64,000 nucleotides of DNA from Diplonema japonicum (lineage: Eukaryota > Protista > Euglenozoa: Diplonemea): positions 434,001-498,000 of the forward strand of contig OZ025651.1 in the NCBI GenBank assembly GCA_964019335.1. The letters run 5' to 3'. A program made the translations under genes and the position numbers. How positions within the stretch are numbered: the first letter of the stretch is position 1; every line of letters starts with the position of its first letter. The notes below the pieces were generated by a model. That model made no database searches. It was given only the letters and a program-made list of their open reading frames with translations, and was not told where the DNA came from. This document shows, one piece after another, positions 1 to 10,330 of this stretch.

Positions 1-93
1 CAAATGCGGCAATGTAAAGCTGTCTCGACTCCTTTTTTGTCACAGTTCATTAACATATTATTGTTTTTTTTTTTTTTTCTTGTTCAAGAGAGA

Positions 94-126
<33 letters not shown>

Positions 127-300
127 GACTTTAAAATGCTCGACCAAAGGGGGAGAAAAAAAATAATAACAAACCAGCAGACAAGGAGTTTCCCCTCCTC
201 CCGCCGTATTCATTACTCACTCTCCCCTTTTTAAAAAAAAGATAAAGATTTTGAAAAAAATCTCGGGGCAAAAAAAAAAGAGAAAAAGAAAAAGAGACTA

Positions 301-537
301 TTTAAGGGTGTCTGCAGTTTGTGGCAGGGCGCCCTGCTCAAGCATCGTCTAGGTTTACAAGGGGCGCGCCTCGCTTATATGTAGTTTCTTCTGCGTTCCG
401 CGTCATAACCTTAATATGTGCGTGCAACTCAACCCCAGCCAGAGTGCCCCTGGTAACCAACAGCATCGTTCTTCCACTTGGGCGCTACCGGTGATGACCG
501 ACGTGGAGGTCAACAGCGAACAACACATCTGATGTAC
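301..537 (-). mobile_element. Highly degenerate relic of the non-LTR retroposon group (zinc-knuckle/C-terminal region)
   Basis: 301-333 (tttaagggtgtctgcagtttgtggcagggcgcc) aligns by eye with 19492-19525 of the family-B copy; 321-399 aligns with 30617-30681; no intact ORF. Confidence 0.5.
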
Positions 538-687
538 TTCTTTATATTTCCATATTTCCGTGTTATCCCCACCACTCAAAAAAAAGAAGGGGGGGGGGGG
601 GGGGGGGGGCGTCTTATGACCGGGGGAAGGTTTTTTCACTTCACATTTCTTTTCTCTTTTTTTTCTTCTTTTTTTCTCATTCAGTAT

Positions 688-1119
688 TCAAGCTGTGGAC
701 TCCGGCATGAACTCTCTTATTTCATGGTGTGACCAAGACTTGTGCTCTGTAGTCTGAGAGCAGGACGATGGCGCGGCAGTGGTCAATGCCATCTTCAACA
801 TGTCAGGAGGAATAGCGGAATTGAATTGGGTGCCGTTACCTCCATCAATGAGGGGGGAACAGAAAGGCACGGGTGGAACCTTGGATTCGTCACAACTGCT
901 GCTTCTTTCGTTTGTGTAGTTGTTTTCATCGAGCACACCCAGCGTAACCTTGCTACCACCGGGTGTTGAACATGTGGCATCACTCTGAAGCATTATGGGC
1001 TCCCTGTCCTTGATTCTATCGGTCAATGCATCGACTGTAGATTGCGCTTCTTTGGCAGCTTGCGCAGCATTCACAGCAGCCTCGGCAGCGGACATATCTT
1101 CCCTTAATATTTCGGCCAT
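688..1119 (-). CDS. Hypothetical protein (143 aa; start may instead be the ATG at 1095)
   Basis: GC-balanced ORF following a long sense-strand T tract; the first AG after the tract lies downstream of ATG 1119, which favours 1095; no recognisable domain. Confidence 0.4.
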   Translation of the reverse strand: MAEILREDMSAAEAAVNAAQAAKEAQSTVDALTDRIKDREPIMLQSDATCSTPGGSKVTLGVLDENNYTNERSSSCDESKVPPVPFCSPLIDGGNGTQFNSAIPPDMLKMALTTAAPSSCSQTTEHKSWSHHEIREFMPESTA

Positions 1120-1164
1120 GTGGGTGGGCGAGAAAGAAAAAAAAAGTGAATTTAATGGGAAAAA

Positions 1165-1198
<34 letters not shown>

Positions 1199-1230
1199 AA
1201 ATCCCCCACGTAAGTGAAAGGACGTCCCCC

Positions 1231-2283
1231 TCAGTCAAGCTTATCCTTCACCACCTCTCGATTCTTCAGAAGCATGTTTTGCCAAATCTGAGCTTTTCTA
1301 ACGTGTACCGCGTCTATACTGGGGGCTCCGTCCATTCGGTTTCTGCTCGTTTTTTGTATCGTTTCTCTCAAAAACAGAGCGTCGGACTCCAGCGTATCGG
1401 TGTTGGTGCCCCAAAGAAGCTGCCGAGCAAGAAGCGCTTTATCCATCTTAGCTTGGTGGTGGTCCTTGGTGGGCTCATCATCCGAATAGCTGGCATCGGT
1501 GTCGCCAGTTGTGGAGAAGCAGCGTTGCAGTGATTTTCTCGGCGCAGCTGAGGGTTTTTTCGGTTCTTTGGGTTTCTGTGCCCACCATTTGTACTGTGTC
1601 TTTTGTTCCTTTTTGCTTACACGGGTTTCCTTGACTCTGTCAAGCCCAGCACGGAGAGAGTTTGCTGCGTCAACGGCCGACATGCTTTTCAAGGTCCGCC
1701 ATGCAACAAGCTCCTTGGGAACATCCTCTGCTTCTGTTACTTTTAAAGGGTGCAACATTTGGTAAGACACACAACTGGGAAGGCTTCCTACCAACGAGGC
1801 CATTGAGACAGACCCTGCGGATAGATCGGTGTCGCCAAAGAACTGCATCATTTTCGCTTTGAGAACGTCGTCTAGAGTTTGCGCGGTTCGCTCTGGCGGG
1901 GCAACGAAGAGCCTGTTGGTCTGGTATTTCTCGTTCCTTTGAACCTCCGCTACCACGCGACGTTCGGGGTTCCTTCTCGCAAAACCATTTCTTAAGTATT
2001 TTTCAAAGCCGTTGCCTTCGGGTTTCGTGGTAACGGGTGCCTTCGGCGGGGTGATCGCATTGTCGATTTTCGGGCTCATGAAAACCAAGGAGGCTGTGAG
2101 GGCATCGCCGTCTTGTCCTTCGAGCTGCCTCATGATCATGTTGCTCCGTCGCTTCGCCTCGATAACCGGTAGACACAATTCGTCCTTAGTTTTGGTCCTA
2201 CGTACTGCATCTGGTATCGCAGTGTCCTTTAGAAACACCAACCGATGGGTGTCCATTACTAGTTTTTTTGTAGTCAGGTCCAT
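1231..2283 (-). CDS. Hypothetical protein (350 aa, MDLTTKK...)
   Basis: Long ORF, ATG preceded by A9, upstream pyrimidine tract plus AG; no recognised domain. Confidence 0.7.
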   Translation of the reverse strand: MDLTTKKLVMDTHRLVFLKDTAIPDAVRRTKTKDELCLPVIEAKRRSNMIMRQLEGQDGDALTASLVFMSPKIDNAITPPKAPVTTKPEGNGFEKYLRNGFARRNPERRVVAEVQRNEKYQTNRLFVAPPERTAQTLDDVLKAKMMQFFGDTDLSAGSVSMASLVGSLPSCVSYQMLHPLKVTEAEDVPKELVAWRTLKSMSAVDAANSLRAGLDRVKETRVSKKEQKTQYKWWAQKPKEPKKPSAAPRKSLQRCFSTTGDTDASYSDDEPTKDHHQAKMDKALLARQLLWGTNTDTLESDALFLRETIQKTSRNRMDGAPSIDAVHVRKAQIWQNMLLKNREVVKDKLD

Positions 2284-2290
2284 TTTTTTT

Positions 2291-2340
2291 TTGAAGGAAA
2301 CCTGCAGTATGTGACAGGATCGCCTAACCACCTTGTGTTT
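2291..2340 (-). mobile_element. ~50-bp retroposon-derived fragment in the 5' UTR of the 1231-2283 gene
   Basis: ttgaaggaaacctgcagtatgtgacaggatcgccta closely matches ttgagggaacctgcagtatgtggcagggtcgccta at 19493-19527. Confidence 0.6.
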
Positions 2341-2549
2341 GATTTGGTCCCTTTCTGTCTTTCAAAAAAAGGGAAAAAAAAAAAAAAAAGCGGGGGAATG
2401 CTGGGAGAGAAAAAAAAAAAGAACGCAGCGAAGTAGGGGAAACTCGTGTGGGAAAAAAAAAAAAAAAAAAAAAAAATATGAACATAAATAACAAAGGGTG
2501 ACTCATCTCAGTAGAAGCTGAAAAAAAATCTTGTGTGTGTTCCCTTTTC

Positions 2550-5151
2550 TTAATAGAAGTTTGTAGGGAATTCGTGTGGAACGAGGTGGTTCTCAATCAG
2601 CAAAGCCAAGGCATCAGTGGAGGAGAGCTTTTTGGAGCCGTATTTCAGGTTGGAAACCTGAACGAGGGCCGCAAGGTACTCCTCGTATAGAATCTCCTGG
2701 CCGACCGTGATGGTGGCGAGGAGCTTCTTATCGTTCTTGCCCCTGATGATAGTTTCCAGTTCTTGACGTCTCTGTAGTCTCCTTGCATCGCCCTCTCGTT
2801 GCAGACTGAGGTCGCACCTTGCAAAGACAGAGGTCTCTCGGAGATTAGCGAAGGACGCCTTTTGTTTCTTCTTTTTTTGTTTCCCCCCTTCAAATCGCAT
2901 ACCATCTCCCCCTCCCCACGTTGTGTTTCTGCAGGAGATCTCGACCTTTCCGTAAAACCTTTTTTTTTTAAAAAAAATATTTTTTGAAAGATATTTCCCT
3001 CCCCTCCAACATACGATCCCCATCGCTATCCAGCGACGTCAAGGTCATCGGGTCCATCACACCGCTGGCTATCGTTGCGCACCCGATGCTTTCTAATCGA
3101 TGCTTCTGCTGAGGGTGGGGGTTTTTTTTTTATAAAAAGAAAAAAAAAAATACCTTCCCACCTTTCGGTGGGAACGGTGCCAGCCCCGAAGGGTCTGCCG
3201 AAGGTTCCAAGGCAGGAACGGATGTAAGCGGCAACGGGGCGTCGAAAATACCCAAAATGGCTCTCATCGACATTTCGGAGTCCAAAATTTTCGCCTCCTT
3301 GCATAACATGAGAAACTGCCTGACGGACATCACAAGATCGAACGAGGGGTTCCGCCTGTGCAGCGACAGACCTTGATGCGCCCTGTTCGCATAGAGACCG
3401 TATAGCTTACGCAGCAACTCGGCATACTGAGACGTCACAGAACTGACTTCCTGCAGCTCCTGGAGGAAAGGAGGCCCGCCAGTGACCTTCAAGTCATTGT
3501 GAAGACATAACGCAAGCTTATCAGCAAGCGTTAGCTGCGGGAAAGGAGAGAGTTTTAAATGCGCGATCCGCACCACCGCCTCTGTAAACTCACGGAAATA
3601 CATGAAACTGGTGCAATTATGTATATTTGTCCGTGCGGCTTTCGACTCTTTCCGGTAAGAAGGACGGTGCGTCTTCGCACCGGTGGCAAAACCACCCGCT
3701 TGCGATGATGATATCTTCCTGGACAAGGAACCCTTTCGCAACCCGTCAAACGCGGTATTTGTGCGAACTGACTTCCGGCGATCGTTGAAACCAGATTTGA
3801 CAGACCGGTTGTCAAGGTGCTTCGACACATGTCGCTCACTCCCGTGAGATTCAAGCCCGGGCGTGGAAAGCGACGGCGGGATGGGTTCCAACACAAAGCT
3901 CCCCCTCGGAGCTGCCAATGCCGCCCTACCTTGTGAATCGTTGAACCGTAGGAAGATACGGTCTACAGCAGCTAACGACACACCTGACCCGATTAAAGAG
4001 GTGTCTTTGAGAAGCTTCCAAAACTGCAACATTGACAACGCGGTGAAATGCGAGCTCCGGTTCTCCTGATCGATGTTCAACGCCGCGTAGTGGTGGTACA
4101 ACCGCTGCAGCGTTCCGTAGTGCCGGCTCAGTAACGTTTGAACCCTCGTCAGAACACGTTCCTTGTCGGCCTCGCCGAATAGTAGGTCGTTTATGTTCAG
4201 AGGGATGTACCGACTCAGCGCTGGTTTCTCCGGAAGGCTTATCGCAGAGACCGGTTTGTCCTCTTTAAACTCTCCCGCGTACGCCACCCCCGTATCGTAG
4301 AGAAACGAACCTTCGCCTTGTTTAGTGTTGTGCACCCATGAGCCCTCGTACCGTGATCCGTCTAGATAGATAAACGTGCCTTGTCCATGTCGCTCGTTTG
4401 ATTTAAACGAGCCAACGTAGTAGTTTGAAGAGGATGTCGGGGAGGGGTCTGGGTTCTGGCCTTGGTGGTACCAGTGCACGCCTTCTCCGTCCATTTCACC
4501 GTCCTTCCAGGTTCCCTTGTATTCCTCTGTCGTCGTTCCGTTTCGGACCCATTTCATGGTGCCTTTGCCGTGGCGCTTCCCTCGAAACCACGATCCTGAG
4601 TACACGGATTTCGACGGGTACACCATAGTTCCTTTGCCGTGGCGTTCGCCGTTGGACCATTCTCCTTTGTAGTAGGATACGCTGTTGTATTGCATACGGC
4701 CTTTGCCTGACTTGGTGCCCTGGTCCCATGTGCCGGTGTAGCGTTCTCCGGTGGCGTTTCTGTAGTATTCGCCTTCGCCGTGGCGGGTTCCGTTTAGAAC
4801 GTCGCCTTCGTAGGTGTCGCCGTTGGGGTACTTGTATTTTCCTCTGCCTTGTACCTTGTGGTGTTCGGTGTCTCCCTCGTAGGTTAGCCCGTCTGCCCAG
4901 GTCATTTTTCCTTCGCCGTGGGCGAGGCTGCCCTTGTACCCACCAGAGTATTTGTATCCTACAATGTATGTGCCTTCTCCTTCGGTGTGGTCGAACCCTG
5001 CAGCCGCCTCCGCGTGGTCCAGCATCGTCATTCGCTTGAGGCTGATGTCCTGTTTCCGTGTGAATCCCTCCGGTTCCAGAAGATTGTAAATATCTGGCGG
5101 CGGCCTTGGTGGTCCCTGTGGGATCGTCCTCCAATCGTTTTCTGGTATCAT

Positions 5152-5154
<3 letters not shown>
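2550..5154 (-). CDS. MORN-repeat protein, radial spoke head 10 (RSPH10B)-like; 4 exons (5154-3154, 3108-3015, 2958-2903, 2858-2550), 819 aa
   Basis: About 10 MORN repeats (YxGxWxxGxxHGxG), then LQFWKLLKD and YFREFTEAVVRIA segments typical of RSPH10B; removing three GT-AG introns joins ORFs 3130-5154 and 2550-3023 into one stop-free frame. Confidence 0.85.
2859..2902 (-). other. Cis-intron, 44 nt, GTATGC...AAAAAAAGAAGAAACAAAAG (purine-rich 3' end)
   Basis: Removal restores the frame of the MORN gene. Confidence 0.8.
2959..3014 (-). other. Cis-intron, 56 nt, GTATGT...A10-G
   Basis: Removal restores the frame of the MORN gene. Confidence 0.8.
3109..3153 (-). other. Cis-intron, 45 nt, GTATTT...CCCTCAG (NAGNAG alternative acceptor at 3106)
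   Basis: Contains the in-frame TAA that ends ORF 3130-5154; removal gives an open frame. Confidence 0.8.
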
Positions 5155-5196
<42 letters not shown>

Positions 5197-6041
5197 AATG
5201 TTTGAATTTAAATTTTTAGAATGTGGGGGAGGGAGATAAAAAAGGTTTTTTTTTTCTTTTTTTTACGTTCGTGAAATAAAAGGAGAGAGAGGGAGAGAGG
5301 GGGAAGAAAGGGGAAAAAAGAAGAATAAGAAAAAGAAAGACAGAGCAAAAAAAAGAAAAGAATGATGTGGTGTTGTCGGTCGTAAATCCAAGAAAAGAAG
5401 GGGAGTTTAAGGAAGAAGAAAAAGAGGGGGAATGGGGAGTTTTTGTTTAGAGAAAACAGCGAGAGAGCGAGAAAAACAAGCAGTGATATGCACAGTTGCT
5501 TTTTCCCCTATCCTCTCTTTTCTTATGCTTTTCTAATTATCCCCCACCCCACCCCTGCACCTTTTTCCTCTTTCTCTCCATTTCGCCCATCTCTTACCAC
5601 CCTTGGCATCCTTGACTTTTCTTTTGTTCCATAAAACTGTAAGAATAGAATTCAACAAAAAGACAAATAAAAAGAAATCAAATTGGCATGCAGTGAAGGG
5701 ACATCATTTTTGCTCCGCGTACGAGCGTAAAAGAAAAAAAAAAATGCCACTTTTTTTTTTTGTACAATCTGCATTGAAGTCAGGAAGTTGGGGAGGACCC
5801 TCCCAAGAAGAATCCCAGGGATTTGAAGGTTGATCACATCTTTTCGTGCTCACCAGCTAGCCCTGCAGCTTCGTCAAATAAAAAAAAAAGAAATTACACA
5901 ACACGAGTCACCGACACACGAGACAAAAAAGAAAAGGGGCTATAAAAAAGAATGTGAGCGTTTTGAAACAAACAAGAAAGTGAGAAGGCATCTAGCCTTC
6001 ACGGTGGTACATTTCCTTCTTTCAAATTACGGGTTCAGAGC

Positions 6042-7778
6042 TCAGAGCTCATAGCTCGGGATGCTGGTAATTGCCGCCTCTCTCATCTTCGGGATGTTCT
6101 CCCTCCACGAGGCGGGGCGCTCGTCGAACCACCTGTCAATGACTGCCTTCACATCCACCTTGGGGAGCTGCGACTTCTGCACCACAGGCATTGTCATGTA
6201 CGAGGCCTGACTTCCCCCCAAGAACACGTTGTTGTGTGCCGTCACGTTGGGGCCGTTCGCCGACAGGGCGAGACCGTTGTTCGGGTTGGGCTCGAAGCGG
6301 GGGTTGTTCGATGAAGAGATCGAGACACGCCACTTGTGCCCCTTTGGGAAGATGTAGCTCGTGCTCCACATGAAGATCTCCACCTCGTACACCTGCCCGG
6401 GTGTGATCAGCTGGGGGTCGGCGCTGAATGCCGTTCCCTTCCTCCACCTCATCCTCACGATCCCGTCGTTCAGGAGCACAGACTTCCCACTGGGGTACAC
6501 GTCCGTCAGCTTCGCCGTGAAGTCCGTGTCCACAGCACTGCTCGACACAAACAAGGTCGCCGTCAACCCCCCTGTGATGGCAAGGTCCTCCGTCAGCTCG
6601 TCAGAGGTGAACCTCAACACGTCCGGCCTGTTCTCCTGTTCAGCCTGGTTCAGGGCCCCGCAGCGGATCATCAGGTTGTTCCCGCCGTGGCTCGGCACAG
6701 GGTGCGTCGGGTCGTACGTGTAGTTCAACGAGGTCTGTGTCGCCTCCTTCTCCACCACAGCCCCACCCTTCGAGGTGAAGAAGTACTTCACAGGGTTGAA
6801 CTTAGGCCACTCCTCCAACGAGGTGTAGTAGTTCCCAGGCGCGCCGATAGCAGGTGCAAGGCCCGACGCGTCACCAGCACCCATCACGAAGAAGGTGACA
6901 TTCTTGATCTCAGAGGGAGACTGCCTGCCTGCGAAGAGATCGGTGCCGAGCAGCCCACCGAGGCTGGCGTGGGCAATGTCCTCTGCGAGGTAGATGGGGC
7001 ATGCCTGCAGGAGGCAGTGGCCACAGGCCTCCATCACAAGCTTTGTGTTGCTGTTGCGCTTGTTGTAGCACTCGTAAGCCTCGATGTTGCCGTTCTGGAA
7101 AATGTCGTACCAGGCACCCACAAGAACGGCGGGGAAGGGGTCGCGGTTCTCGCATTTGTTACCGAGGGTTACGTTCACAGCGTTCCACCAGGGGCCGGGG
7201 GCTTCGTTCGCCTTGGTCTCGGCGATGAGACGGCTCGATTGCGGGCGGAAGGTTGCCTTCAGCCACCCATCATTGAGACCCTTGCGGTAAGCACCGCCAG
7301 GGAAGGGGAAACCATGCGCGTCCATGGAGGCCCAGTTCACGTACTGCTTCTTCAGCTGGGGTGGGTTGTCGGTGAAGCCCATGAAGGCACCGATGCCGTC
7401 AGCACTGGTGCCAGTCTGGTAGACGATGCCGTTGGACCATTCCTGCTCCTGCGTCCACTTAAGGGTGTCGAAGGTGTCGTTGCCCTGGCTGTGCCACAGG
7501 GTGAAGTCCTCACCAGTGGAGTCCCCTGACCCACGCATGTCCTGCATGATAGCGCAGTAGTCGTCACCAAGTGACGTGGCCATGCTCTTGGCGGAACCTT
7601 CAGAACCACCGTGCCCGTAGGTGGAGGCGTCAAGGATGCACGTTTTCTGGGTCGCACCCTTGTCGGGGATGTAAATGTAGGTGCTGAGCCCGAACCCGTC
7701 ACGCATGGGGATCTTCAGCTTGAGTTCTTTTGCCGACGCAAGGGCAAGGCATCCGAGGAGGACGAGCGCTGTCTTCAT
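6042..7778 (-). CDS. Secreted CocE/NonD-family (S15-like) alpha/beta hydrolase, copy 1 (578 aa)
   Basis: Signal peptide; IPMRDG, QDMRGSGDS, nucleophile GTSADG, GAWYD, YTYDPTHPVPSHGG, RPDVLRFTS, DTDFTAKLTDVYP and ISSSNNPRF motifs. Confidence 0.9.
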   Translation of the reverse strand: MKTALVLLGCLALASAKELKLKIPMRDGFGLSTYIYIPDKGATQKTCILDASTYGHGGSEGSAKSMATSLGDDYCAIMQDMRGSGDSTGEDFTLWHSQGNDTFDTLKWTQEQEWSNGIVYQTGTSADGIGAFMGFTDNPPQLKKQYVNWASMDAHGFPFPGGAYRKGLNDGWLKATFRPQSSRLIAETKANEAPGPWWNAVNVTLGNKCENRDPFPAVLVGAWYDIFQNGNIEAYECYNKRNSNTKLVMEACGHCLLQACPIYLAEDIAHASLGGLLGTDLFAGRQSPSEIKNVTFFVMGAGDASGLAPAIGAPGNYYTSLEEWPKFNPVKYFFTSKGGAVVEKEATQTSLNYTYDPTHPVPSHGGNNLMIRCGALNQAEQENRPDVLRFTSDELTEDLAITGGLTATLFVSSSAVDTDFTAKLTDVYPSGKSVLLNDGIVRMRWRKGTAFSADPQLITPGQVYEVEIFMWSTSYIFPKGHKWRVSISSSNNPRFEPNPNNGLALSANGPNVTAHNNVFLGGSQASYMTMPVVQKSQLPKVDVKAVIDRWFDERPASWRENIPKMREAAITSIPSYEL

Positions 7779-8428
7779 ATTCTTTGTGTGTTCTTCCCAG
7801 AGACAGGAACCTGTGAGACGTAAGGCAGTGACATAGAGCGGAGGGGGGGTAAAAAGAATGAAAAAGTCCTAAAGAGCCACGTTATAAAGACAGTGGAAGA
7901 TATAAAAAAAATAAGGAACAGGGCTCTTTAAAACTTCTTAACGTTGGCAGGGGAGTGCGTTTTGAAAAGGAAAGAAAAACGAAGGAAAAATGGGGGTGGG
8001 GGAGGAAGAAGAAAAACGAAGAGAGAAGAAACAATTTTAGACCAACCATCGCGCAGTGCAAAGTCAGTCAGCGCAAGGTCACGCGACAGGCTCTATGGCC
8101 TGCTACCTAATTACACAAATTTAACACTTTTGTAAAAGTCACACAAATAAACTGCAATGCAGGAGAGAGGCCTATGAAAAGGCCACGGTTTTTCGTCTCA
8201 AAAAGGACAGAGGAGAAGGGAAACAGGGATAAACGGGCTGAGGGAGAAAAGAAAATAAGGAGCGGAGAAGAAGAAAATTAATGAAAACAATTTGGTAATA
8301 TGTTATTCATAGTGCTTCCCCTTTGCCCTCTTTAAAGACCCTGCAGGAAAACATTCACCCAGCTCCTTGGAACTAAGGAGAGAGGGACAAAAAACAAAAC
8401 AAAAAGAAAAAAAGCATCACAAAGAGAG

Positions 8429-10162
8429 CTAGTGATTTACAAAGTGAGGCACATTATCCAAACCGTTCCCCATCTTCGGGATGTTCTCCCTCCACGAGGC
8501 GGGGCGCTCGTCGAACCACCTGTCAATGACTGCCTTCACATCCACCTTGGGGAGCTGCGACTTCTGCACCACAGGCATTGTCATGTACGAGGCCTGACTT
8601 CCCCCCAAGAACACGTTGTTGTGTGCCGTCACGTTGGGGCCGTTCGCCGACAGGGCGAGACCGTTGTTCGGGTTGGGCTCGAAGCGGGGGTTGTTCGATG
8701 AAGAGATCGAGACACGCCACTTGTGCCCCTTTGGGAAGATGTAGCTCGTGCTCCACATGAAGATCTCCACCTCGTACACCTGCCCGGGTGTGATCAGCTG
8801 GGGGTCGGCGCTGAATGCCGTTCCCTTCCTCCACCTCATCCTCACGATCCCGTCGTTCAGGAGCACAGACTTCCCACTGGGGTACACGTCCGTCAGCTTC
8901 GCCGTGAAGTCCGTGTCCACAGCACTGCTCGACACAAACAAGGTCGCCGTCAACCCCCCTGTGATGGCAAGGTCCTCCGTCAGCTCGTCAGAGGTGAACC
9001 TCAACACGTCCGGCCTGTTCTCCTGTTCAGCCTGGTTCAGGGCCCCGCAGCGGATCATCAGGTTGTTCCCGCCGTGGCTCGGCACAGGGTGCGTCGGGTC
9101 GTACGTGTAGTTCAACGAGGTCTGTGTCGCCTCCTTCTCCACCACAGCCCCACCCTTCGAGGTGAAGAAGTACTTCACAGGGTTGAACTTAGGCCACTCC
9201 TCCAACGAGGTGTAGTAGTTCCCAGGCGCACCGACTGCGGGGGCCAGACCTGCCTCATCACCAGCACCCATCACGAAGAAGGTGACGTTCTTGATCTCAG
9301 AGGGAGACTGCCTGCCTGCGAAGAGGTCAGCACCGAGCAGCCTTGCGAGAGTGGCGTGTTCGGCATCTGCAGGGAGGTAGATGGGGCATGCCTGCAGGAG
9401 GCAGTGGCCACAGGCCTCCATCACAAGCTTTGTGTTGCTGTTGCGCTTGTTGTAGCACTCGTAAGCCTCGATGTTGCCGTTCTGGAAAATGTCGTACCAG
9501 GCACCCACAAGAACGGCGGGGAAGGGGTCGCGGTTCTCGCATTTGTTACCGAGGGTCACGTTCACATCGTTCCACCAGGGGCCGGGGGCTTCGTTCGCTT
9601 TGGTTTCAGCGATAAGACGATCGGCCTGAGTAGGGAATGTAGATTTAAGCCACCCATCGTTGAGACCCTTGCGGTAAGCACCGCCAGGGAAGGGGAAACC
9701 ATGTGCATCGACAGATGCCCAGTTCACGTACTGCTTCTTCAGCTGAGGTGGGTTGTCGGTGAAGCCCATGAAGGCACCGATGCCGTCAGCACTGGTACCC
9801 ATTTGGTAAACGATGCCGTTGGACCACTCCTGCTCAGCAACCCACTTAAGGGTGTCGAAGGTGTCGTTGCCCTGGCTGTGCCACAGGGTGAAGTCCTCAC
9901 CAGTGGAGTCCCCTGTTCCACGCATGTCCTGCATGATAGCGCAGTAGTCATCGCCGAGGGATACAGCCATGCCCTCTGCAGTGTTCTCTGAACCACCGTG
10001 CCCGTAGGTGGAGGCGTCAAGGATGCACGTTTTCTGTGTCGCACCCTTGTCGGGGATCATGATGTTAGTGCTCATCTTGAACCCGTCACGCATGGGGATC
10101 TTCAGCTTGAGTTCTTTTGCCGACGCAAGGGCAAGGCATCCGAGGAGCGCAAAAACCTTCAT
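8429..10162 (-). CDS. Secreted CocE/NonD-family hydrolase, copy 2 (577 aa from MKVFALL)
   Basis: Tandem paralogue of 6042-7778 (offset 2387 bp) with the same motifs. Confidence 0.9.
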   Translation of the reverse strand: MKVFALLGCLALASAKELKLKIPMRDGFKMSTNIMIPDKGATQKTCILDASTYGHGGSENTAEGMAVSLGDDYCAIMQDMRGTGDSTGEDFTLWHSQGNDTFDTLKWVAEQEWSNGIVYQMGTSADGIGAFMGFTDNPPQLKKQYVNWASVDAHGFPFPGGAYRKGLNDGWLKSTFPTQADRLIAETKANEAPGPWWNDVNVTLGNKCENRDPFPAVLVGAWYDIFQNGNIEAYECYNKRNSNTKLVMEACGHCLLQACPIYLPADAEHATLARLLGADLFAGRQSPSEIKNVTFFVMGAGDEAGLAPAVGAPGNYYTSLEEWPKFNPVKYFFTSKGGAVVEKEATQTSLNYTYDPTHPVPSHGGNNLMIRCGALNQAEQENRPDVLRFTSDELTEDLAITGGLTATLFVSSSAVDTDFTAKLTDVYPSGKSVLLNDGIVRMRWRKGTAFSADPQLITPGQVYEVEIFMWSTSYIFPKGHKWRVSISSSNNPRFEPNPNNGLALSANGPNVTAHNNVFLGGSQASYMTMPVVQKSQLPKVDVKAVIDRWFDERPASWRENIPKMGNGLDNVPHFVNH

Positions 10163-10330
10163 AGTGTTATACCTAGTTGCGAGGGTTGCATCCATGCTCT
10201 AACAGGAAGTAAAAAGAAAAAGGAAAAAAAAACAAAGACAGATGAATAATGAACAAAATAAAACACTAAGCGGAAAAGAAAAAAGGGGGGTGGGGTAAAA
10301 CACTAGAAAAGAAACACTTCTATCCCATGA

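Noticed and set aside
5680-5880. Candidate box C/D snoRNAs (GTGATCA...CTGA on the minus strand)
   Set aside because: Imperfect C box, no terminal stem or identifiable rRNA guide; unsupported without a covariance search.
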